Shown: positions 19,368 through 31,361 of the stretch, in pieces
How the letters are laid out: each line of letters starts with the position of its first letter
Position numbering within the stretch: position 1 is the first letter of the stretch
Assembly (NCBI GenBank): GCA_945787845.1
Contig: CALZJH010000009.1
Coordinates: 35,208-99,207 of the forward strand
DNA: 64,000 nt
Direction: 5' to 3'
DNA from: an uncultured Woeseiaceae bacterium
GTDB lineage: Bacteria; Pseudomonadota; Gammaproteobacteria; Steroidobacterales; Woeseiaceae
The notes under the pieces: model-generated
Told to the model about the DNA's origin: nothing
What the model saw: the letters and a program-made list of their open reading frames with translations, nothing else
Database searches by the model: none
Translations under genes and position numbers: made by a program

Positions 19368-21317
19368 ATGGAAACGCAAATCTACCCGGTCCAAGAGGCA
19401 ACGAAAAAGCGCGCACTGATCGACAAGGCCCGTTACGAGGAAATGTATGCGAGGTCCGTGGAAGACAACGAGGCCTTTTGGGCGGAGCAGGCGCAACGCA
19501 TTGACTGGATCAAGCCATTCACCAAGGTCAAGGACGTTTCCTTCGCGAAGGACGATCTGCACATTCGCTGGTATGAAGATGGCACGCTCAACGTTTGTTA
19601 CAACTGCGTCGACCGGCATCTCGAGAAGAAAGGCGACGACGTGGCGATCATCTGGGAGGGTGACGATCCCGCCAACGACCTGAAGATCACCTATCGCGAA
19701 TTGCACGAGCGCGTGAGCAAGTTTGCCAATGCCCTTAAGGCTATCGGCGCGAAACGCGGCGACCGCGTAACCATTTACATGCCCATGATTCCGGAAGCAG
19801 CCATCTCGATGCTGGCCTGTGCGCGCATCGGCGCGGTCCATTCTGTCGTATTCGGCGGGTTTTCGCCGGACGCCCTGGCTGGCCGCATCGTTGACTGTGA
19901 ATCGAATATCGTCGTCACGGCCGACGAGGGCCTGCGCGGCGGCAAGAAAGTGCCGCTCAAGGGCAATGTCGATGCTGCCGCGGCCAACCCCGACGTGACG
20001 ACCCTGGAAAAAGTCCTGGTCGTGCGCCATACCGGCGCGGACATCGACTGGGTCGATGGCCGCGACGAGTGGCTGCATGAAGTCGAGGCCGGCGTGGACG
20101 CGGATTGCCCCTGCGAGGAGATGAACGCCGAAGATCCGCTGTTTATCCTGTACACCTCGGGTTCGACCGGCCAGCCAAAGGGTGTGCTGCACACAACCGG
20201 TGGTTACCTCGTGTACGCAGCCATGACGCATGAGTATGTGTTTGACTATCACCCCGGCGACATCTACTGGTGCACGGCGGACGTCGGCTGGGTCACGGGA
20301 CACAGCTACATCGTTTATGGCCCGCTGGCCAATGGCGCCATCTCGCTGATGTTCGAGGGTGTGCCCAACTACCCAACGTCGTCACGTTTCTGGGAGGTCT
20401 GCGACAAGCACAACGTCAATATCGTGTACACGGCCCCAACCGCGATTCGTGCACTGATGCGCGAGGGCGACGATCCCGTGAAGAAGACGTCACGCAAAGA
20501 CCTTCGTTTGCTTGGGTCGGTCGGCGAGCCGATCAACCCGGAAGCCTGGGAATGGTATTACAACGTCGTCGGCGACGGTCGTTGCCCGATCGTCGATACC
20601 TGGTGGCAGACTGAAACCGGCGGCATCCTGATCACACCATTGCCGGGCGTGACGGCACTTAAACCGGGTTCGGCGACAAATCCGTTTTTCGGTATCAGGC
20701 CGGAGCTGCTCGACGCCGACGGCAAGACGCTCGAAGGCGCTGTCGCCGGCAACCTCGTCATTGCCGATAGCTGGCCGGGACAGATGCGGACTGTCTACGG
20801 CGATCACGAGCGCTTTGTTGAGACCTATTTCTCGACCTACGATGGTTATTACACGACCGGAGACGGCGCGCGGCGCGACGAGGACGGCTACTACTGGATT
20901 ACCGGCCGCACCGATGACGTCATCAACGTGTCGGGTCACCGCATGGGTACGGCCGAGGTTGAAAGTGCACTGGTTTCCCACGACAACGTTGCAGAGGCAG
21001 CGGTCGTCGGTTACCCGCATGAGATCAAGGGCCAGGGCATCTACGCATACGTGACGCTGATGGAAGGCGTCGAGCCGAGTGATGAACTGCGTGCCGAGCT
21101 GCAAAAATGGGTACGCAAGGAGATCGGACCGATCGCGAAACCGGATCTGCTGCAATGGGCGCCGGGGCTGCCAAAGACGCGCTCCGGCAAAATCATGCGG
21201 CGCATCCTGCGCAAGGTGGCGGCCGATGACTTTGGCAACCTGGGCGACACCTCGACGCTTGCCGATCCCTCGGTCGTGGATGAACTGATCGAGAACCGGG
21301 AGAACCGTTCGGGCTAG
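19368..21317 (+). CDS. acs: Acetyl-CoA synthetase
   Basis: [36 protein letters not shown]. Confidence 0.97.
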   Translation: METQIYPVQEATKKRALIDKARYEEMYARSVEDNEAFWAEQAQRIDWIKPFTKVKDVSFAKDDLHIRWYEDGTLNVCYNCVDRHLEKKGDDVAIIWEGDDPANDLKITYRELHERVSKFANALKAIGAKRGDRVTIYMPMIPEAAISMLACARIGAVHSVVFGGFSPDALAGRIVDCESNIVVTADEGLRGGKKVPLKGNVDAAAANPDVTTLEKVLVVRHTGADIDWVDGRDEWLHEVEAGVDADCPCEEMNAEDPLFILYTSGSTGQPKGVLHTTGGYLVYAAMTHEYVFDYHPGDIYWCTADVGWVTGHSYIVYGPLANGAISLMFEGVPNYPTSSRFWEVCDKHNVNIVYTAPTAIRALMREGDDPVKKTSRKDLRLLGSVGEPINPEAWEWYYNVVGDGRCPIVDTWWQTETGGILITPLPGVTALKPGSATNPFFGIRPELLDADGKTLEGAVAGNLVIADSWPGQMRTVYGDHERFVETYFSTYDGYYTTGDGARRDEDGYYWITGRTDDVINVSGHRMGTAEVESALVSHDNVAEAAVVGYPHEIKGQGIYAYVTLMEGVEPSDELRAELQKWVRKEIGPIAKPDLLQWAPGLPKTRSGKIMRRILRKVAADDFGNLGDTSTLADPSVVDELIENRENRSG

Positions 21318-22717
21318 CTGCCCAGCTGGTCCTGACGGATCTCCTCGGACATGCTGTTCTCGAGTTCGTCGATGAAACTTTGATCGAGGTCATCGGCGTC
21401 GATGACTTCGAGGACAGCGTCTCCCTCAAATGCCGAGTCGGCATTCGCTGACTCGGCGACCACGGGGCCGTCCAGCTTCTGCGTTTCCATAAGCGTCGGG
21501 TCGATGTCCGCGTCGTTGTCGGCCTTGGCCGGGCGCGCCATGCCTTCGCGCTCGATGCGCTGGTATTCGGCTACCTGGCGTTCGTAAGCCCTTACAAACT
21601 CTTCGCCGAACATCTGCGGGAATCGTCCGCCACCCTTCTCGGTCATGATCGGGTAAAGGTCCTTGTACAAATCCCAGTACTTCGACTTGTTCATGAACGC
21701 GAACAACTTGCTGCCAGCGGTTCGATCAAAGCCTTCCTGCAATTCGTCCGGGTCGAATCGATCCGCGAATTCGATAAACGCGCTGTTCATCGCATCGAGG
21801 AACGCATTCTGGTGATTCAGCAGATCGCGATTGGCCTCGCGTACGGCATCGCGTGCGCCGAGGTATTCACCTTCGGCGCCGATCAGCAGCTGCTTGATGA
21901 GATCGTTCGTGTTCTCCGAAAACTTCATCGGGTTGTTTTGGCGGGGCAGGACGGTCGTCTGGTCCAGGCGGAACGTGTTCTTGAGGTTTGCTCGAGACGA
22001 CAACAGGTTGATAGTGCCCTCGACAAACTCGCGCAGGACGATGCCTGCCGTCATCATCAGTTCAGGACGGTCGATAGCCGGATGAAGTTCGACGCGACTA
22101 ATGCCCAGGCCATCGAGGAATGAGTCGAACAGGTCTTCAGCGGTAACGTTGACCGGTTCCTTGGCCGCCGCCTTGTTTGTGAAAGCCGGTGGGGGCTCGG
22201 GCTCCGGTGCCGGTTCGGGCTCGACATTCGGCGCTTTCTTGCCAAACAAGACCGACTGAAACTCGTCGTCGCCGGTAATCTCTGATTCGTCCAGCAGCTG
22301 CATGCCGGTCTCGATAACGTCTTCGTCGACGAATTGTTCGATATGGTCCGGCGCAACCGAGGGTTCGGGTTCGAGGGGCATTACGAGGCTCTCGCCCTTG
22401 TCGATCGAGATCTCGAATTCGAAGTCGCCCATGCGCATGCGATCGCCGTCAAACAGGCGACGCGGGTTGCCTTTACCGATCGGCTCCATTTCGCCGTTCA
22501 TGTAGACGCCGTTGCTGCTCGTGTCCGCGAGGTAGTACATGCCACCCCGGTAGTCGATCGTCGCATGACGGCCCGAGATGTAGCGGTCCGGATCGGGAAG
22601 AATCCAGTCGTTCTGCAGCGAGCGACCGATGGTGCCGCCGTCTTCGTAATACTCACGGACGGAGTCGTCGCCGACAAGATCGCGATGTTCCGAGACAAGT
22701 TTTATGATTAACGGCAT
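21314..22717 (-). CDS. FHA-domain protein, TagH/ImpI-like (T6SS-associated family) but with no T6SS genes nearby
   Basis: FHA motifs [21 protein letters not shown]...DTSSNGV; TagH-type C-domain ([22 protein letters not shown]); acidic tail. Confidence 0.88.
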   Translation of the reverse strand: MPLIIKLVSEHRDLVGDDSVREYYEDGGTIGRSLQNDWILPDPDRYISGRHATIDYRGGMYYLADTSSNGVYMNGEMEPIGKGNPRRLFDGDRMRMGDFEFEISIDKGESLVMPLEPEPSVAPDHIEQFVDEDVIETGMQLLDESEITGDDEFQSVLFGKKAPNVEPEPAPEPEPPPAFTNKAAAKEPVNVTAEDLFDSFLDGLGISRVELHPAIDRPELMMTAGIVLREFVEGTINLLSSRANLKNTFRLDQTTVLPRQNNPMKFSENTNDLIKQLLIGAEGEYLGARDAVREANRDLLNHQNAFLDAMNSAFIEFADRFDPDELQEGFDRTAGSKLFAFMNKSKYWDLYKDLYPIMTEKGGGRFPQMFGEEFVRAYERQVAEYQRIEREGMARPAKADNDADIDPTLMETQKLDGPVVAESANADSAFEGDAVLEVIDADDLDQSFIDELENSMSEEIRQDQLGS

Positions 22718-22743
22718 GACATTCCTCTCGTAGATCGGCTAAT

Positions 22744-22820
22744 TGTGCGCTGAATCAAGACCTTAGACTGCTACGCAGTTCACATAATCAAGCATGGCGG
22801 CGGCGCCTAAGGCCTTGATT
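22744..22820. promoter_or_regulatory. Divergent promoter region with CRP-family-like sites and two inverted IHF-consensus sites
   Basis: TGTGC-N6-TCAAG (22744-22759), TGCTA-N6-TCACA (22769-22784); WATCAANNNNTTR matches at 22753-22765 (+) and 22808-22820 (-). Confidence 0.55.
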
Positions 22821-22871
22821 TTCAGTAAATGCAGCCAACATTGCAGGTTTTGGTTAGACTGAGTGCCAAGC

Positions 22872-23204
22872 ATGAGCAAGCAGCCACTCTTCAAAGTCGT
22901 TTTCATGAGCCAGGGACAGGTCTACGAGATCTATGCTCGCTCGGTAGGGCACGGCGAGTTGTTCGGTTTTGTCGAGGTCGAGAAACTGGTCTTCGGCGAG
23001 CGCACCACGGTCGTTGTCGATCCGTCGGAAGAGAAGATCAAGTCGGAGTTCGAAAACGTTCGACGGACGTACCTGCCGATGCACTCGATCATCCGGATCG
23101 ATGAGGTGGACAAGCAGGGTGTCAGCAAGATTTCAAAGCTCGAGGGCGGCAATGTCGCGCAGTTCCCATTGCCGGTGTACACGCCCGGGGACAGCAATAA
23201 CTAA
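22872..23204 (+). CDS. DUF1820 family protein
   Basis: [51 protein letters not shown]. Confidence 0.85.
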   Translation: MSKQPLFKVVFMSQGQVYEIYARSVGHGELFGFVEVEKLVFGERTTVVVDPSEEKIKSEFENVRRTYLPMHSIIRIDEVDKQGVSKISKLEGGNVAQFPLPVYTPGDSNN

Positions 23205-23278
23205 GTAGTCGCCGGGTACGGGTTCCAGTATTATCGCGACTCGCTTTCCACGTACGTCGCACAAGGCCCTCGAACCCG

Positions 23279-26200
23279 ATGCTCGAACTGCCAGGACAGG
23301 CGGCACTTTCTGACTTTCGCCTGGCCAAACTGACACACTCTCTGAAGCGCGCCGATGACCGCGTAGTCGCTGTCGAGGCCCGATTCACCTATTTCGTTGC
23401 GACCCATGCCGAGTTGTCCAGGGAGGACCGCAGCCGCCTGGATGGCCTGCTGCTCTCAGGAGACAAGCCCGCGCGCCTGCCACGTGGCGCCAGGACGCTC
23501 TATGTCGTGCCGCGGCCCGGCACCATCTCACCGTGGTCGTCCAAGGCGACGGACATCGCCAGGGCTTGCGATATCGACGCGATCGATCGCATCGAGCGTG
23601 GCATCTGCTACGGACTCCAGTTCAAGGGCAAGGTGAGTGACGAGGAGGTGCTGGCGCTGAGCCACCTCCTCTTCGATCGCATGACCGAGGCCGTTTTCGA
23701 GGACCCGGGTGGCGTTGCGGCCCTGTTTGCCGAGCATGATCCGGCACCGGTTGGCGTCGTGCCCTTGTCCGAAAACGGAAAAGACGCGCTGGTCGCCGCC
23801 AATACCGACCTCGGCCTTGCATTGTCCGACCAGGAGATCGACTACCTCGTCGAGTGCTACGGCGATCTGGCCCGCGACCCGACCGACGCGGAGCTGATGA
23901 TGTTCGCGCAGGCGAACTCGGAGCACTGCCGCCACAAAATCTTCAATGCGAGCTGGGTCATCGACGGCGAGGCGCGCGAGCAGCGCCTGTTCGGCATGAT
24001 CAAGTCGACGACCGAGAAGACGCCCGACGGCGTGATCTCGGCCTACAGCGATAATGCAGCGGTGTTCGAAGGCTGGACCGGGCAGCGCCTGCTGCCCCGA
24101 ACATCCGATCGCGAGTACGAATTCGTCGAAGAGCCCGTACACGTCCTCATCAAGGTCGAAACGCACAACCATCCAACCGCAATTTCTCCCTATCCGGGTG
24201 CGGCAACCGGGTCCGGTGGCGAGATTCGTGATGAAGGTGCGACCGGTCTCGGCGCGAAGCCAAAGGCAGGCCTGACCGGCTTCACCGTGTCGCACCTGCG
24301 TATTCCCGGGTACGAACAGCCCTGGGAGGACGATTTCCCGCATCCCGAGCACCTGGCGACGCCGCTCGAGATCATGATCGACGGGCCGATCGGCGGTGCT
24401 GCGTTCAACAATGAATTCGGCCGGCCGAACCTGGCCGGCTATTTCCGGACTTTCGAAAGTCACCTTGCGGGCCTCCCGGATACCGAGATTCGCGGCTATC
24501 ACAAGCCGATCATGATCGCGGGCGGTCTCGGCAATGTCCGTGAGGAGCATGCGAACAAGATCGACGTGCCGGTCGGAGCGCGGGTCGTTGTCCTCGGCGG
24601 TCCGGCCATGCTCATCGGCCTCGGCGGAGGTGCGGCGTCCTCGCTTGCGAGCGGCACCTCGAGCGCGGAGCTGGATTTTGCCTCGGTACAGCGAGGCAAT
24701 CCGGAAATGGAACGCCGCGCCCAGGAAGTCATCGACCGTTGCTGGCAGATGGGCAAAAGCAACCCGATATTGCTGATCCACGACGTAGGTGCCGGCGGCC
24801 TGTCGAATGCGGTACCTGAAGCGGTCGATCACAGCGGCCACGGCGCGATGATCGAGTTGCGAGAAGTCGACAATGCCGAACCTGGTATGTCCCCGATGGG
24901 TATCTGGTGCAACGAGGCCCAGGAACGCTACGTGCTGATCGTCGCCGACGCCCGGATCGACGAGTTCAAGGCGCTTTGCGAACGCGAGCGCTGTCCGGTT
25001 TCGGTCATCGGCACGCTGACCGACGACGGTAATCTCACGGTGACCGATCGTCACTTCGAAAATCGCGTCGTCGATATGCCGATGCAGATGTTGCTGGGCA
25101 ATCCGCCGAAAATGGAACGCGAGGTCACGCATCAGCATCTCGGCGAGGAGCTACTGAATCTCGACGGAATCGAAATCGAAAAAGCGGCGTTGCGAGTCCT
25201 GCGGTTCCCGGCCGTTGCAGACAAGTCCTTCCTGATTCACATTGGCGACCGCACCGTCGGCGGCCTGAGTGCCCGCGACCAGCTCGTGGGTCCGTGGCAG
25301 GTCCCGGTCAGTGACGTCGCGATCACGTCAACGGGGTTCACCGGCCTTACCGGTGAGGCCATGGCGATGGGTGAACGCACGCCGCTGGCGGCAACCAACG
25401 CGCCGGCTTCGGGACGCATGGCCGTCGCCGAATCCATTACGAACATCGCGGCCGCGCCCATCAATTCTCTCGACAAGGTGCGCCTGTCCGCCAACTGGAT
25501 GGCGGCTGCTGGGCACCCCGGGGAAGATGCCAATCTGTTCGACACGGTCAAGGCCGTGGGCGACGAGTTGTGTCGCGCGCTAGGTGTCGCGATTCCGGTG
25601 GGCAAGGACTCGATGTCGATGCGCACCCGCTGGGAAGATGAGAATGGCGAGCACAACGTGGTGGCGCCCGTATCTCTGATTATCTCGGCGTTTGCGCCGG
25701 TTTCCGACGTGACCCGCCATTTGACGCCGCAGTTGCGCCAGACAGAAGAGGCGAGCTACCTGCTCCTGTTTGACCTCGGCCAGGGCAAGAATCGACTCGG
25801 CGGGTCGTGCCTGGCGCAGGCCTACGGACGGACCGGCGGCAAGACGCCGGACCTGGACGATCCCGGCTTGTTAAAAGGGCTGTTCGCGGCTGTCCAGGAA
25901 CTCAATGCGCGGGACATGTTGCTTGCCTATCACGATCGCAGTGACGGTGGCTTGCTGGCGACTGTTGCGGAGATGATTTTCGCGAGCCGGCTCGGCGCGA
26001 CGCTGACCCTGGACGGGTCGCGCGTCGAACTGCTCAAGCGCCTGTTCAGTGAAGAGGTTGGCGTCGTGGTCCAGGTTGCGAAAAGCAAGCTGCCGCAGGT
26101 GCAAATGGTGCTGGACCGCAACGGCGTCAAGGCCGATGCGATCGGGCTCGTGGACGACAGCGGCAGGCTCGTCGTGCGCGGTGACAAAGGACCCGTACTC

Positions 26201-27157
26201 AACCTGGATCGCCCCACCATGCAGCGTGCGTGGTCCGGAATGAGCCATCAAATCCAGGCGCTGCGTGACAACCCAACCACGGCCAAAGAAGAATTTGACC
26301 GCATCCTTGACGACAAGGATCCGGGGCTTAACGTCGTGCTGTCGTTCGATCCACAGGAAGACATCGTGCGACCGTTGCGCGCCGCGGCGAAACCGCGCGT
26401 CGCGATTCTGCGCGAGCAGGGAGTCAACAGCCAGAACGAGATGGCCGCGGCATTCATCAACGCCGGATTTGCCACGGTCGACGTGCACATGAGTGATCTC
26501 CTGGAAGGTCGCGACACACTCGATGCCTACCAGGGGCTCGTGGCCTGTGGCGGTTTTTCCTTTGGCGACGTCCTCGGTGCCGGCGGAGGCTGGGCCAAGT
26601 CGGTCCTCTACCACTCCCGCACCCGGGATCAGTTTGCGGCGTTCTTCGAACGCAATGACACGTTCGCACTTGGCGTCTGTAACGGCTGCCAGATGATGTC
26701 CCATCTCAAGGACATCATTCCGGGTGCTGGCCATTGGCCGCGCTTTCTGCGCAACAAGTCCGAGCAGTTCGAAGCGCGCCTCAGCCTGGTCGAAATACTA
26801 GAGAGCCCGTCCCTGTTCCTCGAGGGCATGGCCGGGTCGCGGTTGCCGATTGCCACATCGCATGGCGAAGGCCGCGCGGAATTTGCTGACGACACAGCGC
26901 GCTACACTTCCTCCTACACGGTTGCCATGCGCTATGTCGACAACTACGGCGAGGTGGCCGACGCGTACCCGGCCAATCCGAACGGCTCCGTCGATGGAAT
27001 TTGCGGACTGAGCAGTGACGATGGCCGTGTCACGATCATGATGCCTCATCCGGAGCGCGTGGCGCTGACGCGCCAGAATTCCTGGCACCCTGATGACTGG
27101 GGTGAGGATGGTCCCTGGCTGCGCATGTTCCGCAATGCGCGGGTGGCGCTGGGCTAG
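23279..27157 (+). CDS. purL: Phosphoribosylformylglycinamidine synthase (large single-chain type)
   Basis: [36 protein letters not shown]. Confidence 0.98.
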   Translation: MLELPGQAALSDFRLAKLTHSLKRADDRVVAVEARFTYFVATHAELSREDRSRLDGLLLSGDKPARLPRGARTLYVVPRPGTISPWSSKATDIARACDIDAIDRIERGICYGLQFKGKVSDEEVLALSHLLFDRMTEAVFEDPGGVAALFAEHDPAPVGVVPLSENGKDALVAANTDLGLALSDQEIDYLVECYGDLARDPTDAELMMFAQANSEHCRHKIFNASWVIDGEAREQRLFGMIKSTTEKTPDGVISAYSDNAAVFEGWTGQRLLPRTSDREYEFVEEPVHVLIKVETHNHPTAISPYPGAATGSGGEIRDEGATGLGAKPKAGLTGFTVSHLRIPGYEQPWEDDFPHPEHLATPLEIMIDGPIGGAAFNNEFGRPNLAGYFRTFESHLAGLPDTEIRGYHKPIMIAGGLGNVREEHANKIDVPVGARVVVLGGPAMLIGLGGGAASSLASGTSSAELDFASVQRGNPEMERRAQEVIDRCWQMGKSNPILLIHDVGAGGLSNAVPEAVDHSGHGAMIELREVDNAEPGMSPMGIWCNEAQERYVLIVADARIDEFKALCERERCPVSVIGTLTDDGNLTVTDRHFENRVVDMPMQMLLGNPPKMEREVTHQHLGEELLNLDGIEIEKAALRVLRFPAVADKSFLIHIGDRTVGGLSARDQLVGPWQVPVSDVAITSTGFTGLTGEAMAMGERTPLAATNAPASGRMAVAESITNIAAAPINSLDKVRLSANWMAAAGHPGEDANLFDTVKAVGDELCRALGVAIPVGKDSMSMRTRWEDENGEHNVVAPVSLIISAFAPVSDVTRHLTPQLRQTEEASYLLLFDLGQGKNRLGGSCLAQAYGRTGGKTPDLDDPGLLKGLFAAVQELNARDMLLAYHDRSDGGLLATVAEMIFASRLGATLTLDGSRVELLKRLFSEEVGVVVQVAKSKLPQVQMVLDRNGVKADAIGLVDDSGRLVVRGDKGPVLNLDRPTMQRAWSGMSHQIQALRDNPTTAKEEFDRILDDKDPGLNVVLSFDPQEDIVRPLRAAAKPRVAILREQGVNSQNEMAAAFINAGFATVDVHMSDLLEGRDTLDAYQGLVACGGFSFGDVLGAGGGWAKSVLYHSRTRDQFAAFFERNDTFALGVCNGCQMMSHLKDIIPGAGHWPRFLRNKSEQFEARLSLVEILESPSLFLEGMAGSRLPIATSHGEGRAEFADDTARYTSSYTVAMRYVDNYGEVADAYPANPNGSVDGICGLSSDDGRVTIMMPHPERVALTRQNSWHPDDWGEDGPWLRMFRNARVALG

Positions 27158-27846
27158 GCCGAGGCGACGTTGTCGTTGTTGGCCTCGGTCACGAAGAAGC
27201 GCCGCACTTTGATCGCGCGCGTCAGCTTGCCGCGGCGGACGAAGCACTGGTAGAACATGTCCTTCAGCACCTCGAGCAAAATCCCGGCCTGCGCGCGATT
27301 CAATAGCGGCAAGTCCTCATGCGTGCCCGTGCCAAACAGGACGCTCTTGATGGGCGCGAATGTCTCGTCGTCGATTTCGGCAATATCCTGGGCTACCACA
27401 ACTTCTTCAAAGGCGCGCAACTTGCCGCCTTCACCCAGGGCATCGAATGCGCTGACCGCTGCCCGTCGGCACATGGACGCGAACGCGTTGAAGTTGTTGT
27501 TCGAGTAACAGCTCAGGGCTTCACGGAACAGTACTTCGGTATGTTTTGGCAAGTAGGAAAAAGCGAAGCGCTCTTTCGGCCGTTCGAGTTCGACGAAGTT
27601 GCGGTACAGCTCGACCTTGTTGTCCTGGTACTGGCGCACCGAGAAACGCAGGAAAATCGGCGCATTACAGGCATCGCATTTGTAGACGAGGCCAACATGC
27701 TTGGGACGGTCGCGCAGCAGCGATGCCGCATCGGGAACGGACTGCGGCTGCATGTGTGCAAACACGCCGCAGTAGGGGCACTCGAGTCCAATCTGGTCGT
27801 CGAGTTCGCTTTTTATCCCCTGATCTCTGTCAATTACGATTGCCAT
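27154..27846 (-). CDS. Zn-ribbon plus DUF4145 (HEPN-like) protein with a degenerate catalytic motif
   Basis: CPYC...CDAC, then [13 protein letters not shown]...AFASMCRRA; the expected R-x-x-G-N-x-x-x-H position reads [10 protein letters not shown]. Confidence 0.6.
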   Translation of the reverse strand: MAIVIDRDQGIKSELDDQIGLECPYCGVFAHMQPQSVPDAASLLRDRPKHVGLVYKCDACNAPIFLRFSVRQYQDNKVELYRNFVELERPKERFAFSYLPKHTEVLFREALSCYSNNNFNAFASMCRRAAVSAFDALGEGGKLRAFEEVVVAQDIAEIDDETFAPIKSVLFGTGTHEDLPLLNRAQAGILLEVLKDMFYQCFVRRGKLTRAIKVRRFFVTEANNDNVASA

Positions 27847-27937
27847 ATCGCTCTATATTATTATTTATAGATCAGCGACTTCAGTATGCCCGATCAAAGC
27901 CGCATCGCCTCATGTGCTTTACATAATCCACAAATGA

Positions 27938-28594
27938 TTACTGTCCCCATTGGCCGACAGCATTGGTCGCCGCTTCGTTAGCCGGTCGCGCGATCAAACC
28001 GGTTCGCGTCATCGTTACCTCGAAGATTGCCTCGTCCGCCATGGGCAAATAGGTCGCTGTTCCGTAGTGCGCGTCGACGCCGGGCATGAGCTTCGGGTAC
28101 TTGCGCGCAAACTGCCATACATCCATCGTCACGGGCTCCGACAAGGCATGCACCGAGCGCACTTTGGAACGCTCGTCGTCGATTTCAGCGTAGCGTCCGC
28201 TCAGACGGTCGAGACGAAAAATGGGATCGAGGCCAAGCAGCGTCGCCGGCGGTTTCCAGGTAACGACGCGTGCATCCATCTGCCATTCGTTGCCGACCAG
28301 TTCATACATCCGATCCTGCTCATTCTCCACCATGAGGCGGGCGACGTATTGCTCGGGTGCAGACTGGCTGAACTGAATCCTGCCGACGTACTGTTCGTCA
28401 ATCAGGCGATCGTAGCCGTAGTAGCTGAACGCCAGCATGATACTGGCGCCGCCAGCGCAGGCGGACACGGTTCCCCCGGCCAGCGAACGTGTCGCCCGTA
28501 CCGGGCGCCGCCGCTTTGCATGGCGGGTCATGGAGAAAACGAAATACAGCGTGAGCAGAGCGAAAACCGTACTGGCCGTGAGCAGCAGATTCAT
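27938..28594 (-). CDS. Conserved hypothetical membrane protein (two N-terminal TM helices)
   Basis: WQMDARV..WK, RLDRLSGRY, VDAHYGTATYLPMAD, GLIARPAN; follows ettA on the same strand. Confidence 0.7.
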   Translation of the reverse strand: MNLLLTASTVFALLTLYFVFSMTRHAKRRRPVRATRSLAGGTVSACAGGASIMLAFSYYGYDRLIDEQYVGRIQFSQSAPEQYVARLMVENEQDRMYELVGNEWQMDARVVTWKPPATLLGLDPIFRLDRLSGRYAEIDDERSKVRSVHALSEPVTMDVWQFARKYPKLMPGVDAHYGTATYLPMADEAIFEVTMTRTGLIARPANEAATNAVGQWGQ

Positions 28595-28612
28595 CGTCGT
28601 ACTCCCAATATC

Positions 28613-30286
28613 CTAAGCTTCCAACCTCTTATACTTGATTCGGTGCGGGTTTGCCGCATCGGCACCCAGGCGACGTTTCCGATCCTCTTCGTAATCGGCG
28701 TAGTTGCCGGCGAACCAGACGACTTCGGAGTCTCCCTCGAACGCCAGCATGTGCGTGCAGATGCGATCCAGGAACCAGCGATCATGTGATATGACCATGG
28801 CTGAGCCTGGGAACTCCAGCAGCGCTTCCTCGAGCGCTCGCAGCGTCTCGACGTCGAGATCATTGGTCGGTTCATCAAGCAGCAGGAAGTTGCCGCCTGC
28901 CTTGAGCATCTTGGCAAGATGCACACGGTTGCGTTCTCCGCCCGACAGCAGGCCGATTTTCTTTTGCTGATCCTGGCCGCGGAAATTAAAGCGACCGACA
29001 TAAGCGCGCGACGAGGTTTCGTAATTGCCGACGCGAATCATGTCGAGGCCGTCCGAAATCTCTTCCCACACGGTCTTGTTGTCGTCGAGGCTGTCGCGTG
29101 ACTGATCGACGGCCGCGATCTGCACGGTGTCGCCGAGTCGCAGCGTTCCCGAGTCCGGTTGCTCCTGACCCGTGATCATGCGCGTCAACGTGGTCTTGCC
29201 GGCACCGTTGGGGCCGATCACGCCAACAATGCCGCCCGGTGGCAACTGGAAACTCAGGTCGTCGATGAGCAGCTTGTCGCCGAATCCTTTCTTGAGGTTC
29301 TCGACCTCAAGGACGACGTCGCCGAGACGGGGCCCCGGGGGAATGTAGATTTCGTTGGTTTCGTGCCGCTGCTGATAGGACGGCGACGATAGCTCCTCGA
29401 ACTGCTTCAGACGCGCCTTGGATTTCGCCTGGCGTCCTTTGGGATTGCTGCGAACCCACTCGAGCTCGTGCTCCATGGCGCGTTTGCGTGCTTTTTCGCC
29501 GGCCTCTTCGACCTTGAGGCGAGCCTCCTTCTGTTCGAGCCAGGACGAGTAGTTGCCTTCCCAGGGGATGCCGTGCCCGCGGTCGAGTTCGAGAATCCAG
29601 CCCGCAACATTGTCGAGAAAGTAGCGGTCATGCGTGACCGCGATAACGGTGCTTGGATACTCATCCAGGAAGCGTTCGAGCCAGGCGACCGACTCGGCAT
29701 CGAGGTGGTTGGTGGGCTCATCGAGCAACAGCATGTCAGGTTGTGACAGCAGCAGGCGGCAAAGGGCGACGCGACGCCGTTCACCACCCGACAGCTTGCT
29801 GACGTCGGCGTCCCAGGGCGGCAGGCGCAAGGCATCCGCGGCAACTTCCAGCTTGCGGTCGATTTCCCAGCCGCCGCCCGAATCGATGGCGTCCTGGAGC
29901 TTCCCTTGCTCCTCGAGCAGCGCGTTCATTTCATCGTCCGACATGGGCTCCGCAAATTTCTCGCTGATCTCGTTGAAGCGATGCAGGTGCTCGATGACGT
30001 CGCCGAGGCCTTCCTCGACGTTGCCGCGAACGTCCTTGTCGGGGTCCAGCTCGGGTTCCTGCGGCAGGTAGCCGATCTTGATGCCCGGCTGCGGACGCGC
30101 CTCGCCGTCAATTTCGGTATCGAGTCCCGCCATGATGCGCATGAGCGTGGATTTACCGGATCCATTGAGGCCGAGCACGCCAATCTTGGCGCCCGGGAAG
30201 AACGACAGGGAGATATCGCGAATGATGTGCCGCTTCGGCGGAACAACTTTCGCAACGCGGTTCATTGTATAAATGTACTGAGCCAT
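28613..30286 (-). CDS. ettA: Energy-dependent translational throttle protein (ABC-F)
   Basis: [18 protein letters not shown], two ABC cassettes, [19 protein letters not shown] linker. Confidence 0.97.
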   Translation of the reverse strand: MAQYIYTMNRVAKVVPPKRHIIRDISLSFFPGAKIGVLGLNGSGKSTLMRIMAGLDTEIDGEARPQPGIKIGYLPQEPELDPDKDVRGNVEEGLGDVIEHLHRFNEISEKFAEPMSDDEMNALLEEQGKLQDAIDSGGGWEIDRKLEVAADALRLPPWDADVSKLSGGERRRVALCRLLLSQPDMLLLDEPTNHLDAESVAWLERFLDEYPSTVIAVTHDRYFLDNVAGWILELDRGHGIPWEGNYSSWLEQKEARLKVEEAGEKARKRAMEHELEWVRSNPKGRQAKSKARLKQFEELSSPSYQQRHETNEIYIPPGPRLGDVVLEVENLKKGFGDKLLIDDLSFQLPPGGIVGVIGPNGAGKTTLTRMITGQEQPDSGTLRLGDTVQIAAVDQSRDSLDDNKTVWEEISDGLDMIRVGNYETSSRAYVGRFNFRGQDQQKKIGLLSGGERNRVHLAKMLKAGGNFLLLDEPTNDLDVETLRALEEALLEFPGSAMVISHDRWFLDRICTHMLAFEGDSEVVWFAGNYADYEEDRKRRLGADAANPHRIKYKRLEA

Positions 30287-30357
30287 ATCGGGACCGTGTG
30301 TTGAGAAGCGCGCATTATCCGGTATGCTGCCGCACAAGCAAACAGAATAAGGCGCCA

Positions 30358-31308
30358 ATGAGCGAAACTGTGCTCGTCTACAAGGGACCCGAGATTGCGG
30401 CTTATGGCTTTGGCGATCCGCACCCCTTCGGCACAGATCGCCACGACGTGTTCCATTCCGAACTCGCGCGGGCCGGCCTGGATGCGGACATCGACTTTGG
30501 TCACCCCAGGCCCGCACTCGTTGACGAGCTGGCGCTGTTTCACACCGCCGAATACATCGACAAGGTCTCCCGCCTGTCGGCGACGGGCAAAGGCTGGCTC
30601 GACGATGGCGATACACCGGCTGTAAAAGGTATCTACGATGCGGCGTCGGCCGTTGTCGGCGCGGTCCTGTGTGCGGTCGACGAGCTCATGCACGACAACT
30701 ACAGGCGCGCATTTGTTCCGATTGCCGGTCTCCATCATGCGGCGCGCGACCGCGCGGCCGGCTTCTGTGTGTTCAATGATTGCGGCATTGCTGCCGAGTA
30801 CCTGCGGCGGGAATTCGCTATTCAACGTGTTGCCTATGTCGATATCGACGCACATCACGGGGATGGCGTGTTCTATGGCTTTGAAGAGGACCCCGACCTG
30901 ATCTTTGCGGATATCCACGAGGATGGCCGCTACCTCTACCCGGGCACCGGGCACGCCCATGAAACGGGTAAGGGCAGGGCGAAAGGCACCAAGCTGAATA
31001 TCCCCGTCCCTCCGGGTGCCGACGACAGGGAGTTTCGCCGCGCGTGGGACCAGGTCGAGGCCTACATTGACGCGCAGCGGCCCGAGTTCATACTGATGCA
31101 GTGCGGGGCTGACAGCCTTGAGGGCGATCCGATCACTCATATGGCGTGGACCGAGGATGCGCACGCGTACGCGGCAGCCGCGCTGTGTCGGCTGGCGGAC
31201 AAACACTGCCGGGGGCGCATCATCGGGACCGGCGGAGGGGGGTATAACCGCAGAAACCTTGCCCGTGCCTGGACACGGGTGGTCCGGTCCTTTGTGGAGG
31301 CCGTATAA
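30358..31308 (+). CDS. Zn-dependent histone-deacetylase-family protein (AcuC-like)
   Basis: [37 protein letters not shown]. Confidence 0.92.
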   Translation: MSETVLVYKGPEIAAYGFGDPHPFGTDRHDVFHSELARAGLDADIDFGHPRPALVDELALFHTAEYIDKVSRLSATGKGWLDDGDTPAVKGIYDAASAVVGAVLCAVDELMHDNYRRAFVPIAGLHHAARDRAAGFCVFNDCGIAAEYLRREFAIQRVAYVDIDAHHGDGVFYGFEEDPDLIFADIHEDGRYLYPGTGHAHETGKGRAKGTKLNIPVPPGADDREFRRAWDQVEAYIDAQRPEFILMQCGADSLEGDPITHMAWTEDAHAYAAAALCRLADKHCRGRIIGTGGGGYNRRNLARAWTRVVRSFVEAV

Positions 31309-31361
31309 CCCTGTAATATGCCGGCTTTTCCAGCCCCAACCGACCGCGGAGTAACCCCCTG

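Noticed and set aside
21314..23204. Type VI secretion cluster
   Set aside because: Only the FHA/TagH-like gene is present; no tss, hcp, vgrG or clpV genes in the window.
23528..25138. Long antisense ORFs over purL (also over glyA, parC, the amidohydrolase and the sugar porter)
   Set aside because: Typical stop-poor shadow frames of GC-rich genes; the opposite strand encodes clear conserved proteins.
27883..27928. Weak CRP-like half-matches upstream of the DUF4145-like gene
   Set aside because: Too degenerate to distinguish from chance.
30287..30616. Extended N-terminus of ettA in the ORF track (likewise for the MaoC, cytochrome c and deacetylase ORFs)
   Set aside because: Conserved N-termini begin at downstream ATGs, and the extensions overlap neighbouring genes.
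30358..31308. AcuC-like deacetylase as a dedicated regulator of acs
   Set aside because: It is 9 kb from acs with no acetyltransferase partner nearby; nothing in the sequence links them.
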